Part shown: in pieces, positions 12,571-23,815 of the stretch
Numbering within the stretch: the first letter of the stretch is position 1
How the letters are laid out: each line of letters begins with the position of its first letter
Source: Octopus bimaculoides
Taxonomy: Eukaryota
Assembly (NCBI RefSeq): GCF_001194135.2
Contig: NC_068985.1
Coordinates: 12,515,717-12,557,320 of the forward strand
Reading direction: 5' to 3'
DNA length: 41,604 nt
The notes under the pieces: model-generated
The model's database searches: none
Seen by the model: only the letters and a program-made list of their open reading frames with translations
Told to the model about the DNA's origin: nothing
Program-made: the position numbers and the translations under genes

Positions 12571-12785
12571 GGAGGCGGTGAGCTGGCAGAATGGTCATCA
12601 CGCTGGACGAAATAATTAGTGGTATTTCGCTTGTTGCTACATTTTGAGTTCAAATCCCGCTGAGGTCAACTTTGCCTTTCAATCTTTCGGGATCAATAAA
12701 CTATGTGCGAGTGAAACACTTGGGGACGATGTAATCAACTAGTCCCTTTCCCCAAAATTCCATGTCGTGTGCCTAAAACAGAAAG
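12571..12785 (+). mobile_element. Full-length Meta/MESC-like tRNA-SINE
   Basis: Head, B box gagttcaaatcccgc and core ttgcctttcaatctttcgggatc. 18-bp TSD cattatt(t/g)atgtatatat at 12553-12570 and 12786-12803. Confidence 0.9.
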
Positions 12786-12819
12786 CATTATTGATGTATA
12801 TATATATATATATATAAAG

Positions 12820-12935
12820 CACAAGACGATTAGGGAGTTGCATTCCTAATCGCAAAATCATTGCTTTGATTCCTGGAAAGGGTAACGCATTGTATTCTTG
12901 ACCAAAAACCATCATCACACGTTGGTATATGATCT
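12820..12935 (+). mobile_element. Highly decayed CORE-like SINE head
   Basis: Weak match to a tRNA head plus the CORE motif ttgtattcttgaccaaaaacc. Confidence 0.35.
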
Positions 12936-13103
12936 TTGGTCACCTGAGGTCAGTAACAAATGTTCAGGTTTCGTCGATTTCATAGACGGCGGGTGCTAAA
13001 ATACAACACATTATTTGTACACTAAGACCAATCATTTGTGGTATATGTTCAACAAGAAATTGTCGAACTGTCTTTCTCAGAGTGAGAGAGGCGACCATCT
13101 CAC

Positions 13104-13105
<2 letters not shown>

Positions 13106-13139
<34 letters not shown>

Positions 13140-13172
13140 GCACGCGCACGCACGCACAAACACACACACATA
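13106..13172. repeat. (CA)n/(CACG)n microsatellite
   Basis: Read directly. Confidence 0.95.
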
Positions 13173-13363
13173 TATATTGTGTCATCCCATAAATAATGCG
13201 CAATCTTTCAATTTCATGGACTAAAAGTCGGAGGAGGACGGTATAAACTACCTGCATCAACTTCCTATAAAATCAGAAAGTAATTTTACCTTGCCTTGTT
13301 CATAGTGCAAGTTTTGAAAAGTGCATTTCGATTGATTTTAACAGTTATTTTTTCAATGCTATA

Positions 13364-13615
13364 ATGGAAGAGGCAAAATTGCATATACGGTATATTTTGC
13401 TTTATGAGTTCAATAAAAGCAACAACGCAACGGAAAATGCGAAGAATATTAATGCAGTATATAGGGATCGGACAATAAGCTTAAACCAATGTCAACTGTG
13501 ATTCCAGAAATTCCGTGTCGGCGAACCTCGTCGTGGAAGATTTGTAGAGCTCGACAAGGACGTCCTGCAAAAAGTTCTGAAACAAAATTTCATCGTAGCT
13601 GATGAGATAATATTG
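13364..13615 (+). mobile_element. mariner transposase N-terminal relic (HTH region)
   Basis: MEEAKLHIRYILLYEFNKSNNATENAKNINAVYRDRTISLNQCQL*FQKFRVG-EPRRGRFVELDKDVLQKVLKQN. This is a typical mariner N-terminus with a stop and a small deletion. Confidence 0.88.
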
Positions 13616-14219
13616 GATTTGGTCCTTCACAGAGAGCGACAGAGAGAGATACATATTCTTCATATATACCAATGGGGATATTCATATATAAACGTATCTG
13701 TTCACATACATATTAATCAATATATATTTCTATACCAGAACGTATCGATACTTACATAAACATTGTGGTAGAAACTGATCTGAGTGCAAGTTATGTGACT
13801 TTTTTTGAAGATCTATCTATAACAATCTGTTTCACATTTTTTTATATATCTGAGGAAATTTTTATCGTTTATGACTTTCTGGATCGAATGATTCTATTAG
13901 TAGTGTTTTGTAATTTTAGACATGATAGATTATTAGCAACGCGTAGAAATAAACGGGTGTTCTCTTGGGGTAAAAGAGTGCACGTTTATTCGTTTCTGAC
14001 AAATAATTCATTAATGAAGTAAAAGTCTGATATATTTGTTGTGAATAGTAAAGAACAGACATGTTCACTAATTTATTATTTTCAACACATTATGTGCCAG
14101 GAGTGGCTAAACATTCTTTCCAACTGACCATTATTTGTGACAAATGTGTCACACAATTAGCCCGATTTTTTTTTCAGACTTACGAAGCCTTTCATTAAGA
14201 GGGTACCCCGGTACCTGAC

Positions 14220-14546
14220 ACTCTTTACTCTCTCTCTTTTGCTCTTTTACTTGTTTCAGTCATTTGACTGCGGCCATGCTAGAGCACCGCCTTTAGTCGA
14301 GCAAGTCGGCCCATGGAGTTATTCTTTGTAAGCCTAGTGCTTATTCTATCGGTCTCTTTTGCCGAACCGCTATTTCTATATATGTACGCTACGGGTATCT
14401 TTAAGTTTCCGTCTACCAAATCCATAAACAAGGCTTTGGACAACCTGTAGCTAAAGTAGAAGACACTAGCCCAAGGTCCTGCCAAATGGCACTGAACCCA
14501 AAAGCTTGTGGTTCGGAAGCAAGGTTCATTCCACTCACCCACTGCT
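14220..14546 (-). mobile_element. CORE-like tRNA-SINE, nearly complete and cut by a gap at its 5' end
   Basis: Reverse complement: tRNA head, ggttcagtgcc..cttgggctagtgtcttctac, gatttggtagacggaaact, and the 3' end aaaggcggtgctctagcatggccgcagtcaaatgactgaaacaagtaaaagag. Confidence 0.9.
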
Positions 14547-14979
14547 NNNNNNNNNNNNNNNNNNNNNNNNNNNNNNNNNNNNNNNNNNNNNNNNNNNNNN
14601 NNNNNNNNNNNNNNNNNNNNNNNNNNNNNNNNNNNNNNNNNNNNNNNNNNNNNNNNNNNNNNNNNNNNNNNNNNNNNNNNNNNNNNNNNNNNNNNNNNNN
14701 NNNNNNNNNNNNNNNNNNNNNNNNNNNNNNNNNNNNNNNNNNNNNNNNNNNNNNNNNNNNNNNNNNNNNNNNNNNNNNNNNNNNNNNNNNNNNNNNNNNN
14801 NNNNNNNNNNNNNNNNNNNNNNNNNNNNNNNNNNNNNNNNNNNNNNNNNNNNNNNNNNNNNNNNNNNNNNNNNNNNNNNNNNNNNNNNNNNNNNNNNNNN
14901 NNNNNNNNNNNNNNNNNNNNNNNNNNNNNNNNNNNNNNNNNNNNNNNNNNNNNNNNNNNNNNNNNNNNNNNNNNNNNNN

Positions 14980-14980
<1 letters not shown>

Positions 14981-15012
<32 letters not shown>

Positions 15013-15605
15013 ATATATACACATATGTTTGTATATATGCATGTATGTATGTACAATTTACATACGCGTACTATCATTGATACTCACATTTCTCTGTGTA
15101 TATACGTATGTTAGCATGTAAAATTATACGTGCGATAACAACAATGATATCACTATACAATCAGTGTGGTATTGTTTTGACTGTACAAATGTTAATCTAA
15201 TTTTCTTCTGCATTTCTTTAGAGAGTTAACATCAGTATGATAATCTAGCGCACACACCATGTGTTTGCTTAGTGAGACGTCCCCAGGGATTGTGATATGG
15301 AACTTCAATGGAGTAAAATTTCGCTAATTTTCTTTTAAAGAACTCAAATCTTCGAAGCATACAGCTATAAATATATACGCACTTGTGCACAGAAACATAT
15401 AACAATATATATAGAACAACGAGAGACACACTTGCACGTACATACGTAAATACATATATACATACATACATACATACATACATACATAAATACCTACATA
15501 AAAACGTACATACATAAATACATACATATATATATGTATATATGTGTATATGTATATATATGTGTGTGTATGTGTGTGTGTGTGTGTTTATCTGTATGTG
15601 CGTAT

Positions 15606-15652
<47 letters not shown>

Positions 15653-16148
15653 NNNNNNNNNNNNNNNNNNNNNNNNNNNNNNNNNNNATACATACATATA
15701 TACATACGTATATACACATACATATACATGTTTATAAAACTATATAAATTTGTGCAGATATGTGCATGTATATACATATATTCATATTTCTATATATATA
15801 TATGTGTGTGTGTGTGCGTGTGTGTGCTTATGAATGTATGTATACATGTATGCATATACGTCCGTACTTTTGTCAGAGTTTGTGAGTGTGAGTGAAAAAG
15901 AGTGAGTGAGCATGGTCTGTGAATGCATAGAGAAAGATTTTGCAGAAAATATACGACGATTATAGCCATCATATGTTCATAGGTTGCGTATAATATATGC
16001 AGCTGATTAGATTTTACAAGCATGCGTATGATGATGTACACATACCTTTATACGTACGAGTAGAAAGGATTTTCTATTTATAATTTATAATTGTACATAA
16101 GTTTGTGCATTTAATGTTGCACATATATTTATATATAAACATATGCGA

Positions 16149-16204
<56 letters not shown>

Positions 16205-16212
16205 ATATATAT
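14981..16212. repeat. Cluster of (TA)n, (TACA)n and (TG)n microsatellites interspersed with unique sequence
   Basis: Read directly. Confidence 0.85.
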
Positions 16213-16842
16213 NNNNNNNNNNNNNNNNNNNNNNNNNNNNNNNNNNNNNNNNNNNNNNNNNNNNNNNNNNNNNNNNNNNNNNNNNNNNNNNNNNNNNNNN
16301 NNNNNNNNNNNNNNNNNNNNNNNNNNNNNNNNNNNNNNNNNNNNNNNNNNNNNNNNNNNNNNNNNNNNNNNNNNNNNNNNNNNNNNNNNNNNNNNNNNNN
16401 NNNNNNNNNNNNNNNNNNNNNNNNNNNNNNNNNNNNNNNNNNNNNNNNNNNNNNNNNNNNNNNNNNNNNNNNNNNNNNNNNNNNNNNNNNNNNNNNNNNN
16501 NNNNNNNNNNNNNNNNNNNNNNNNNNNNNNNNNNNNNNNNNNNNNNNNNNNNNNNNNNNNNNNNNNNNNNNNNNNNNNNNNNNNNNNNNNNNNNNNNNNN
16601 NNNNNNNNNNNNNNNNNNNNNNNNNNNNNNNNNNNNNNNNNNNNNNNNNNNNNNNNNNNNNNNNNNNNNNNNNNNNNNNNNNNNNNNNNNNNNNNNNNNN
16701 NNNNNNNNNNNNNNNNNNNNNNNNNNNNNNNNNNNNNNNNNNNNNNNNNNNNNNNNNNNNNNNNNNNNNNNNNNNNNNNNNNNNNNNNNNNNNNNNNNNN
16801 NNNNNNNNNNNNNNNNNNNNNNNNNNNNNNNNNNNNNNNNNN

Positions 16843-16880
<38 letters not shown>

Positions 16881-17759
16881 GCGCACGCATATATCTATGC
16901 CATTTTCAGAATTTCTTGCCTGGGTTCGGTAGCATATAGATTATAAATATTCTCCCAATCGGTGTAGTAATATAACCCTGTTTCAAGTGCCTGTTTTCAA
17001 GTGCTATTACTGACTCTCTTCTTTCACGACATATGTCTGATCAAAACTTTTCACAACTACAGTTATTTTACAGTCAAAGACTTTGATGAACTTTCGTGCA
17101 AGAATTCGTTCTGAATTTGTTTCTACAATATTTTTACCCGCTTCATATTATAATGGTGAGGAAAAGCTTAAGAAAAACAATAAACTGATGGTAATTTTGT
17201 GAAATAAATCCAATGGCATCCGGGAACAATGAGCTTGTATTGAGCAATATATGGAATGCCACTTAAGCTATGTTGTATCACATGAATTGCGCTTCGGATT
17301 TATATTAGTATACCTTTCTGCTTCCCTTGATTTTCCATCTTGTGAGTAAAGTGTTTCAACCTATAGCTGAACCAAGAATCTTGGAGACATAATGCAATTC
17401 TTTAATTAACAAGCTACTAATAATCACTATATATTGCATTATAAAATTCTGCAAGACCTTGCAAATATTGAAAGGGCGACGGTTTATATAAATAGAAACA
17501 AATTCAAGTAAACAAACAGAATACGGTTATTTTTCATTCAGTTGAAAAAGTAGAGTGGATGCACTTTTTTAATTTACAGATTTGCTCCTATTGCTATGTA
17601 TGGGTATAATTAAATTTCATACTCAGTTATGAAACTTAGAATTAGTATGATCTAACAGATTCCGGATTCACGCGATACTGAAAACTTAAAAATATAATAG
17701 GCAATGACATTCCTTTGCCCTTTACATTTTTCTACATTAAATATAAACTAAGTACAGGC

Positions 17760-17910
17760 GCTCCGCAGGTAGAATCGTTTACACCCCAGGCAAAATGTTT
17801 ACCGCCATTTTGTCCTCATTTACGTTTTTAATTCAAATTCCGCCGCGGGCAAATTTACCTTTATTTCTTTCGGGGTCTATAAACTAAGTACCCACTGACT
17901 GCTAGGGTCA
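17760..17910 (+). mobile_element. Old Meta/MESC-like SINE
   Basis: attcaaattccgccgcggg...cctttatttctttcggggtctataaactaagtacc. Confidence 0.7.
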
Positions 17911-18094
17911 TGTGGTCGCCTTATCACGACCAAAATCGGTAGCTTTGTACCAAAATTTATGATTAATATTACATATTGAATAATTGCTTTCCTCGTTTCG
18001 GAGTGGATCAAATATATATACTAGTTCAGCACTAAGTTTGATGTATTTGACAAAACTTCTCACCCAAAATTTCATAATTTGTGCTTTAGAAAGG

Positions 18095-18151
<57 letters not shown>
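18095..18151. repeat. (TTA)n, the tail of the minus-strand LINE stub
   Basis: Read directly. Confidence 0.97.
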
Positions 18152-18362
18152 GTTCAGTAGTTTTATTTTTATATCGTGCTTTCACTTCACTACCGAACGC
18201 AGCTCTGTGTGCCTTGAGTATGTGCTGTGGTTTGCTGTGATGCTCTTATGGTTACTGTATTGAAAGTGTTTTGCGTAGGATGTGTGCAGTGCCCAGTAGT
18301 GCAATTTTCTGTATGTTATATATATTTGTAAGTCCTGGTGTTTTTATCATGTATTTGTCTGA
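18152..18362 (-). mobile_element. Young 5'-truncated 3' end of an R4/Dong-like LINE
   Basis: DKYMIKTPGLTNIYNIQKIALLGTAHILRKTLSIQ* (stop at 18252-18254) plus a 3' UTR. It differs from 41496-41604 at 6 of 109 nt. Confidence 0.9.
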
Positions 18363-18363
18363 A

Positions 18364-18447
<84 letters not shown>

Positions 18448-18458
18448 CATTATTATTA

Positions 18459-18492
<34 letters not shown>

Positions 18493-18520
18493 CATTATTA
18501 TTATTATCATTATTATAATT
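18363..18520. repeat. (TTA)n/(TCA) microsatellite
   Basis: Read directly. Confidence 0.97.
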
Positions 18521-19880
18521 CAACAGTCAATTTTTTATCATGTGATTTCACTGCACTACCAAGCGGAGCTCTGCGTGCCTTTGGTGTGTGTTGTGGGTTA
18601 TTGAGGTGCTCCTAATTTAACTCTACACAAATATATTTCTTCTTTAACTGTTAATGCACTCCCGTACGCTAATCAGCCCAAGTCCACCCTTATATTTGAT
18701 TTAGGGTGGAGGGAGCCATGCATTGTCATTGTCTTTCGGAGAATGTGATCGAGTTGGTCAACCTCCGCCTGTGTCCATTTCAGGATGGGTGCACTCTAAC
18801 GGACTACAGCGACAGCTCACATGTTGATGGCAGTCAAAAGGTTTTTTGAGTTGAGCTTCGATTTCAAGAGAAGTTTGAGGTGCTTGGAATATGCAGCGGT
18901 GAACTTTTCTTCCATTTCTCTGTGCAAGATAATTTCCAGCACCAGGATCCCAAGATACTTGTATCCATCATCATCCGGGTCTTCCATTCTACCTCCTGTT
19001 GGCAATTCTATGCCCCTAAAATTTACTCTTTTCCCCCGCTTCAAGGTAGGCCCCGCACACTTCGAGATACCGAATTCCATCCCTATCTTCCTGCTGCACG
19101 TTTGCACTGTCTCAACCAGCCAGCCATCCATCTCAGGCTCTGTTTTTGTGAATAATTTTAAATGGACCATGAAGAGAAGGTGGTTAAAACGAGGTCCGTT
19201 CTTTCTCAACTCATTGTGCATGTTGGGATAAAGTCTATAAAAAATAACAGTGGTGAACGAGAGTCTCCTTGGAGGATACCTCTTTTGATTGTTACCTTGG
19301 TTAAGTGCTGGTTGTAAAAGGAAATACGCGTTTTCCAAATAGACATGCTGTTCTGAATCAGTGCATACACGTTCTCAGCTATTCCACACATGTCGAACAT
19401 TTCCAAAATTCACGAATACGGCAACATGTCGTAAGACTTTTTGAAGTCTACCCAGGCCATCCATAAGTTTTTTTCGTACCTTTTACAGTTCTTCATTATG
19501 ACCTTGCCTATCACAAAGTGGTCCTTGGTGCCCTTAAATCCTTTTCGGCATCCCTTTTGTTCTACCTACAGAAGATTATTTTCAGCAAGGCACGTATATA
19601 TTTTCCCTGCGTTGGTACCTCTTAATACTTTCCATAGGACGTTAAGACAATCAATGGATCGGTAATTGCCAACCTCATTGCCTACCATCAACTCCGGAAA
19701 TGTACGGCTATGTAAGCAATTGTCTAATTGCAACGCAATTCTCTTTTGTATTGACCTAAACCACTTGAGTCAGTAGCCTTGAATTCTGTCTGGTCCTGCT
19801 GCTTTCCAGTTTGGCAGATTTGATACCTGTGCAAGGATATCGTCCGTTGGTATGCAAATATGGTCCTGTCGTGGAGCCTA
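18521..19880 (-). mobile_element. R4/Dong-like LINE relic: RT domain joined to a diverged 3' UTR, with the knuckle and RLE deleted
   Basis: LPNWKAAGPDRIQGY, EQKGCRKG..GTKD, LWMAWVDFKKSYDM, IKRGILQGDSRSPLLF, NHLLFMVHLKLF, GMEFGISKC, YKYLGIL, KSKLNSKN, HGSLHPKSN, GGLGLISVRECI. The 3' UTR at 18521-18615 is homologous to 18152-18250. Confidence 0.93.
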
Positions 19881-19882
19881 CG

Positions 19883-19938
19883 GATTGTTGTTGTTGTTGC
19901 TGTTGTTTTTGTTTTTGTTATTGTTGTTGTTGTTGTAT
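19883..19938. repeat. (TTG)n microsatellite
   Basis: Read directly. Confidence 0.9.
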
Positions 19939-20772
19939 TGTCTTATAGTTACGATGTTTATTAGAAGCAGATCGAACCACCGCGATCATCTCATCTCTCT
20001 AGTTGTTTCCTTGTCAATTTTACGTATAAAGGTATTTTTCGATGGTAGTGTAAGATTTGAAGGAAAGTATAATTAAAGAACATTATATAACTCGGTGATG
20101 ATTAAATCCATGATGTGCTGAGGATTTATAGTCATTAAGGTGAGATTAATAGGTTTCTGTCTTTTTTTAGATCTGTTATCGAAAAAGTGGTAAAGCTGTC
20201 GTTGTAAATTTTGAATGATTTCTTTTTCTGGAGGGTTAATGACTGATGACTGCCAATAAGTAGACAGTTATGTCAGCTGAACTTGGGAATATATCCGAGC
20301 GGTCACTGACCATGTATAAAATATGTTTAAAACCACACCCTAGTATGTTTACGATACAAAAATTGCAACGCATTGAATAAAGTAAGTTTGGATATTTTAT
20401 AAAAATACCATACTCTCTTATAGCTTAGCAAATACAGCGACAACAGCAACATCAATCAAATCTGCTTGTTTAGACCTAGTTCAGTCCTTTTTGATGAGAT
20501 ATATGTACAAATACCTTTCAGCTGTAATGATCCTGTATGTTATTCTGAGATAATGAGTCTAATAATACATTTTAGATTCTGTCTGTTTTGTGAGAATGTA
20601 ATTTTTCATTGAAGGAAAGATATGGCTACTATTTTCAGTATGACATTATCCTGGGCTCTTTATCTATTTCACTAGCAAGGGATACAAAAATAGTATCTGA
20701 ACGCATGACAGATATACTCAAGTGCAAAATGTATACGTCAATTACTTGTCTGAATAAGAACAGGCCGTAGAG

Positions 20773-20853
20773 TATTTACCGTGTGAATAAATGAAAAATG
20801 TTAATTTTACATTTATTTACCGTGTGAATAAATGAAAAATGTTAATTTTACAT
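20773..20853. repeat. Exact two-copy tandem duplication, period 41 bp
   Basis: tatttaccgtgtgaataaatgaaaaatgttaattttacat occurs at 20773 and 20814. Confidence 0.95.
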
Positions 20854-21144
20854 AGAAAAATATGTTACAGGTAATTGTTAATGTCTGAAATTTCCTTTCG
20901 ACAGCAAAGACTCAATGCTAGTAATAAACACAGAATTTCGGAGTTAGATGAATTCATATCATAATAGAAACTGTGATTACTTAGCATATGAAATATTATT
21001 TAAAAGATAATTATTGAAATTTTGGTGGTAGATTGGAGTTGAGCTAGGAGCGTTGATTAATTAATCTAGTTTATATTTAATGATACCTGCTCCTCTGATT
21101 TTTGTCGATGGTGTCTGTTGGTCACAGTTTCAATATTCATTGTC

Positions 21145-21526
21145 ATTATCTCCGAATTAGCGAAGGCGGAGGTATTGTTTTCGGTTGTGTTTGTTTTTCT
21201 GTGTTTTTGTCCGTGGACAAAATTTCTCAAGAACCGATGGATGGATTCGGATGAAACTTTCAGGGATATTTGGCTTCGTAACTGGCACGAATTGATTAGA
21301 TTTTCTATTTGATCAGGTACCAGACAAGGATTCTAGATTATTCTTCCTACATTTTTTAAAACTTAATTTGTAAGAGTGGTCGGATTCATTTTTCGTATTC
21401 TCGTTTGTGAGAGCAGTCGAGTTTATTTCAGATATTCTCATTTTTTTAATAAATTACCTCAGGCTAATTGTTGAGAGGCCGCTGGTGTTGCCTTAGCGGA
21501 GGTTTGCGCTCTCTTATCGCTCTTGT
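21145..21526 (+). mobile_element. Non-autonomous element with Helentron/HINE-like (or CryptonV-like) architecture
   Basis: The 5' end attatctccg..gaaggcggaggta is a short inverted repeat. It is followed by a decayed (TTTG)n, ggatggattcggatgaaacttt, gattagatttt, and the 3' end gcggaggtttgcgctctc, which echoes the 5' motif. Confidence 0.55.
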
Positions 21527-23629
21527 CTTATATGAATTAGCTTTTTATGCAACCGACTTAACATTTATTCCCGGTAGCAAAACTTCGCCCTAATATGCAT
21601 TGCATATCAAACTTGAAATTCGGGATTGTGAAAAGAAGGTTTGTTTTTCTGCAGATTTTAGACTAGATCCAACGTTGATGCATTTATAATGGTATGTACG
21701 TGTTCAAAATATACAATTCTCTAGCGTATTTCTTTCTAAAATTTATAGTACTTGAACTGGAATGAAAAAAAAACAACGTGTTTGCAAATGAAATAATGCT
21801 ACAAGTTCCTATTCCTCTTACGCCTACCAAATACCATAGAAATGTAGTATGTATGGAACAAACGACATGTGTTTATAGATGCCAAGTATACTTTAGACTG
21901 ATAGCTAATCCGTTTTTCAATTAGAGTAGGTCGTTTACGTCGTTTATTCCGGCAATAACGTTCGGTAATGTATGGCTATCATGAACACATTTTCTATTCT
22001 ATAATAGATTATAAAACACTCAAACTCCTATGGCTCTTCTGGTCCTTCCTTACATTATTACTGTAGTAATATGTCAAACTAGGTTCACAAAGCTCACTTC
22101 ATTATATTTTATTATTATTGTTTATACATACATACATACGTGTGTTTGTATCTCTGTGTATGTATATGTATACATATATATATACATGTGTGAATAGCGT
22201 GGGAGATGAAATTTATATTAAGTAAAAGCAATAAACTGAAAATTAGTGAATTTTCATCGTGTGGGGAATAAATACAGTCGATTTAGAATGCAATACTGTT
22301 CTGTTGCCCAAATTCATAGATTAAAGTCTATAGGAAAACAGCTATAAAACATGGCAAGGCTTTTAACCAAAAGAATCAGTAATACAACATGTTTCTGGTG
22401 CAAGGCACTGCATTGGAAAAATAATACAATTAAATACAGTTAAAATATTTAACCTAAGTTATTTAGAATGAGAACTCCAAATAAACACAACTGCCCATTG
22501 CTCTTTTATTTCGTATGTTTTTTTTTTCTTTTGTTTTATTCTCTCATTCAGACTTATTACACCGTGTATTTATCACCGTCTGTTTTATTTCCTATACTCT
22601 CTTTCTGTCTCACTTTTGTCTTCTCTCTGCTGTTCTCTGTCCTCTGTCTGTCTTTCTCTCACTGTTTCTCTATTAAAACCTCCCACGTTCATTATATTTC
22701 CCCTCATTTTTTTTCTTTCTCTCTCCTCTTTTTTCTTTCATTATGTATATGCTGAGTATCAATTTTATAGGCCTGTTTTTATTGCATCGTGCTCATACTC
22801 TTAATTTTTCCCCCTCAGTATACACCACGTAGGCTAACATACACAGGAATACATATTCAAAGAACTCTTAATTGACTTCCAAATATTTAGTGGATTGCAC
22901 TTACAAACAAAAGAAAGAATTCCACATAAGCATAAATACCTGGAGACTTGAACATACTTCACAGAAATCAACACAAAATACATTACATCAAATACGCCAA
23001 TAGTAATGTTGTACTATAATGACACTAAGATTAATATAAAAAATATTGTCATCAACGAACTGTTTAATGGGATAAAACTTGTACAATACACAAATATATG
23101 ACTGTGAACACGGAAGTAATAAACTTGAAAACTATCACTTATATTGGATATATTAGAAAAGTTTTCCAAAACATTCAACCGCCAAATAAACTGACTTTTA
23201 TAGCAAGAATGAATTGTAGTGCACTGCGTCACACAAAATTTTATAAGGAAATACAGGGTGCTGTAAAATCTCACAGATTTACTATATTTGTGGGAATCTG
23301 GTAGTTTTGTTTGAGATAGACAGCACCTTGTATGAGATAGACAAAATATTTAAACTATGGAAAATTCCATAGTAAAATACTGAATTAATGATGGAGGTAC
23401 CTAACAGCGTATAGTATCACACAAAGCCAAGTAGGCCAGAGATAACATATTCTGGACACAGGTGAAAGTTAGAGCAAGATAGTTTGCAGACCTGTAAATC
23501 TTACAAGAAATCCTCAAATGGAAATGCCTGTAACATCTACTTGCTAAAACCAAGGCAACACCATTTAGCTGTGGTGATACTGAAAATACAAGACCCGAAA
23601 TATATGTGTATGTGCGTATGTGTTTACAA

Positions 23630-23640
23630 GAGAGAGAGAC

Positions 23641-23679
<39 letters not shown>

Positions 23680-23706
23680 TTGAGCGTGTGTGTGTGTGTG
23701 TGTGTG
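23630..23706. repeat. (GA)n(GT)n microsatellite
   Basis: Read directly. Confidence 0.95.
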
Positions 23707-23729
23707 TATTTACGTACGCATGAGTATAT

Positions 23730-23815
23730 TCTTTTCTTCTTTTCTTCTTTTAAGTTTTCAATCATTTGACTGCGGCCATGCTGGAGGACCGCCTTTAGTG
23801 GACAATATCCACCCA
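23730..23815 (-). mobile_element. 3' tail fragment of CORE-like SINE
   Basis: tcatttgactgcggccatgctggaggaccgcctttagt is the same motif as 14260-14300. Confidence 0.85.

Noticed and set aside
17073-17154. Plus-strand 82-nt candidate exon SKTLMNFRARIRSEFVSTIFLPASYYN with good splice sites
   Set aside because: No recognisable homology and no partner exons. Such matches are expected by chance in AT-rich DNA.
21655-21691. 37-nt segment with a strong acceptor and donor
   Set aside because: Stops in all three frames. It could only be a non-coding exon and there is no supporting evidence.
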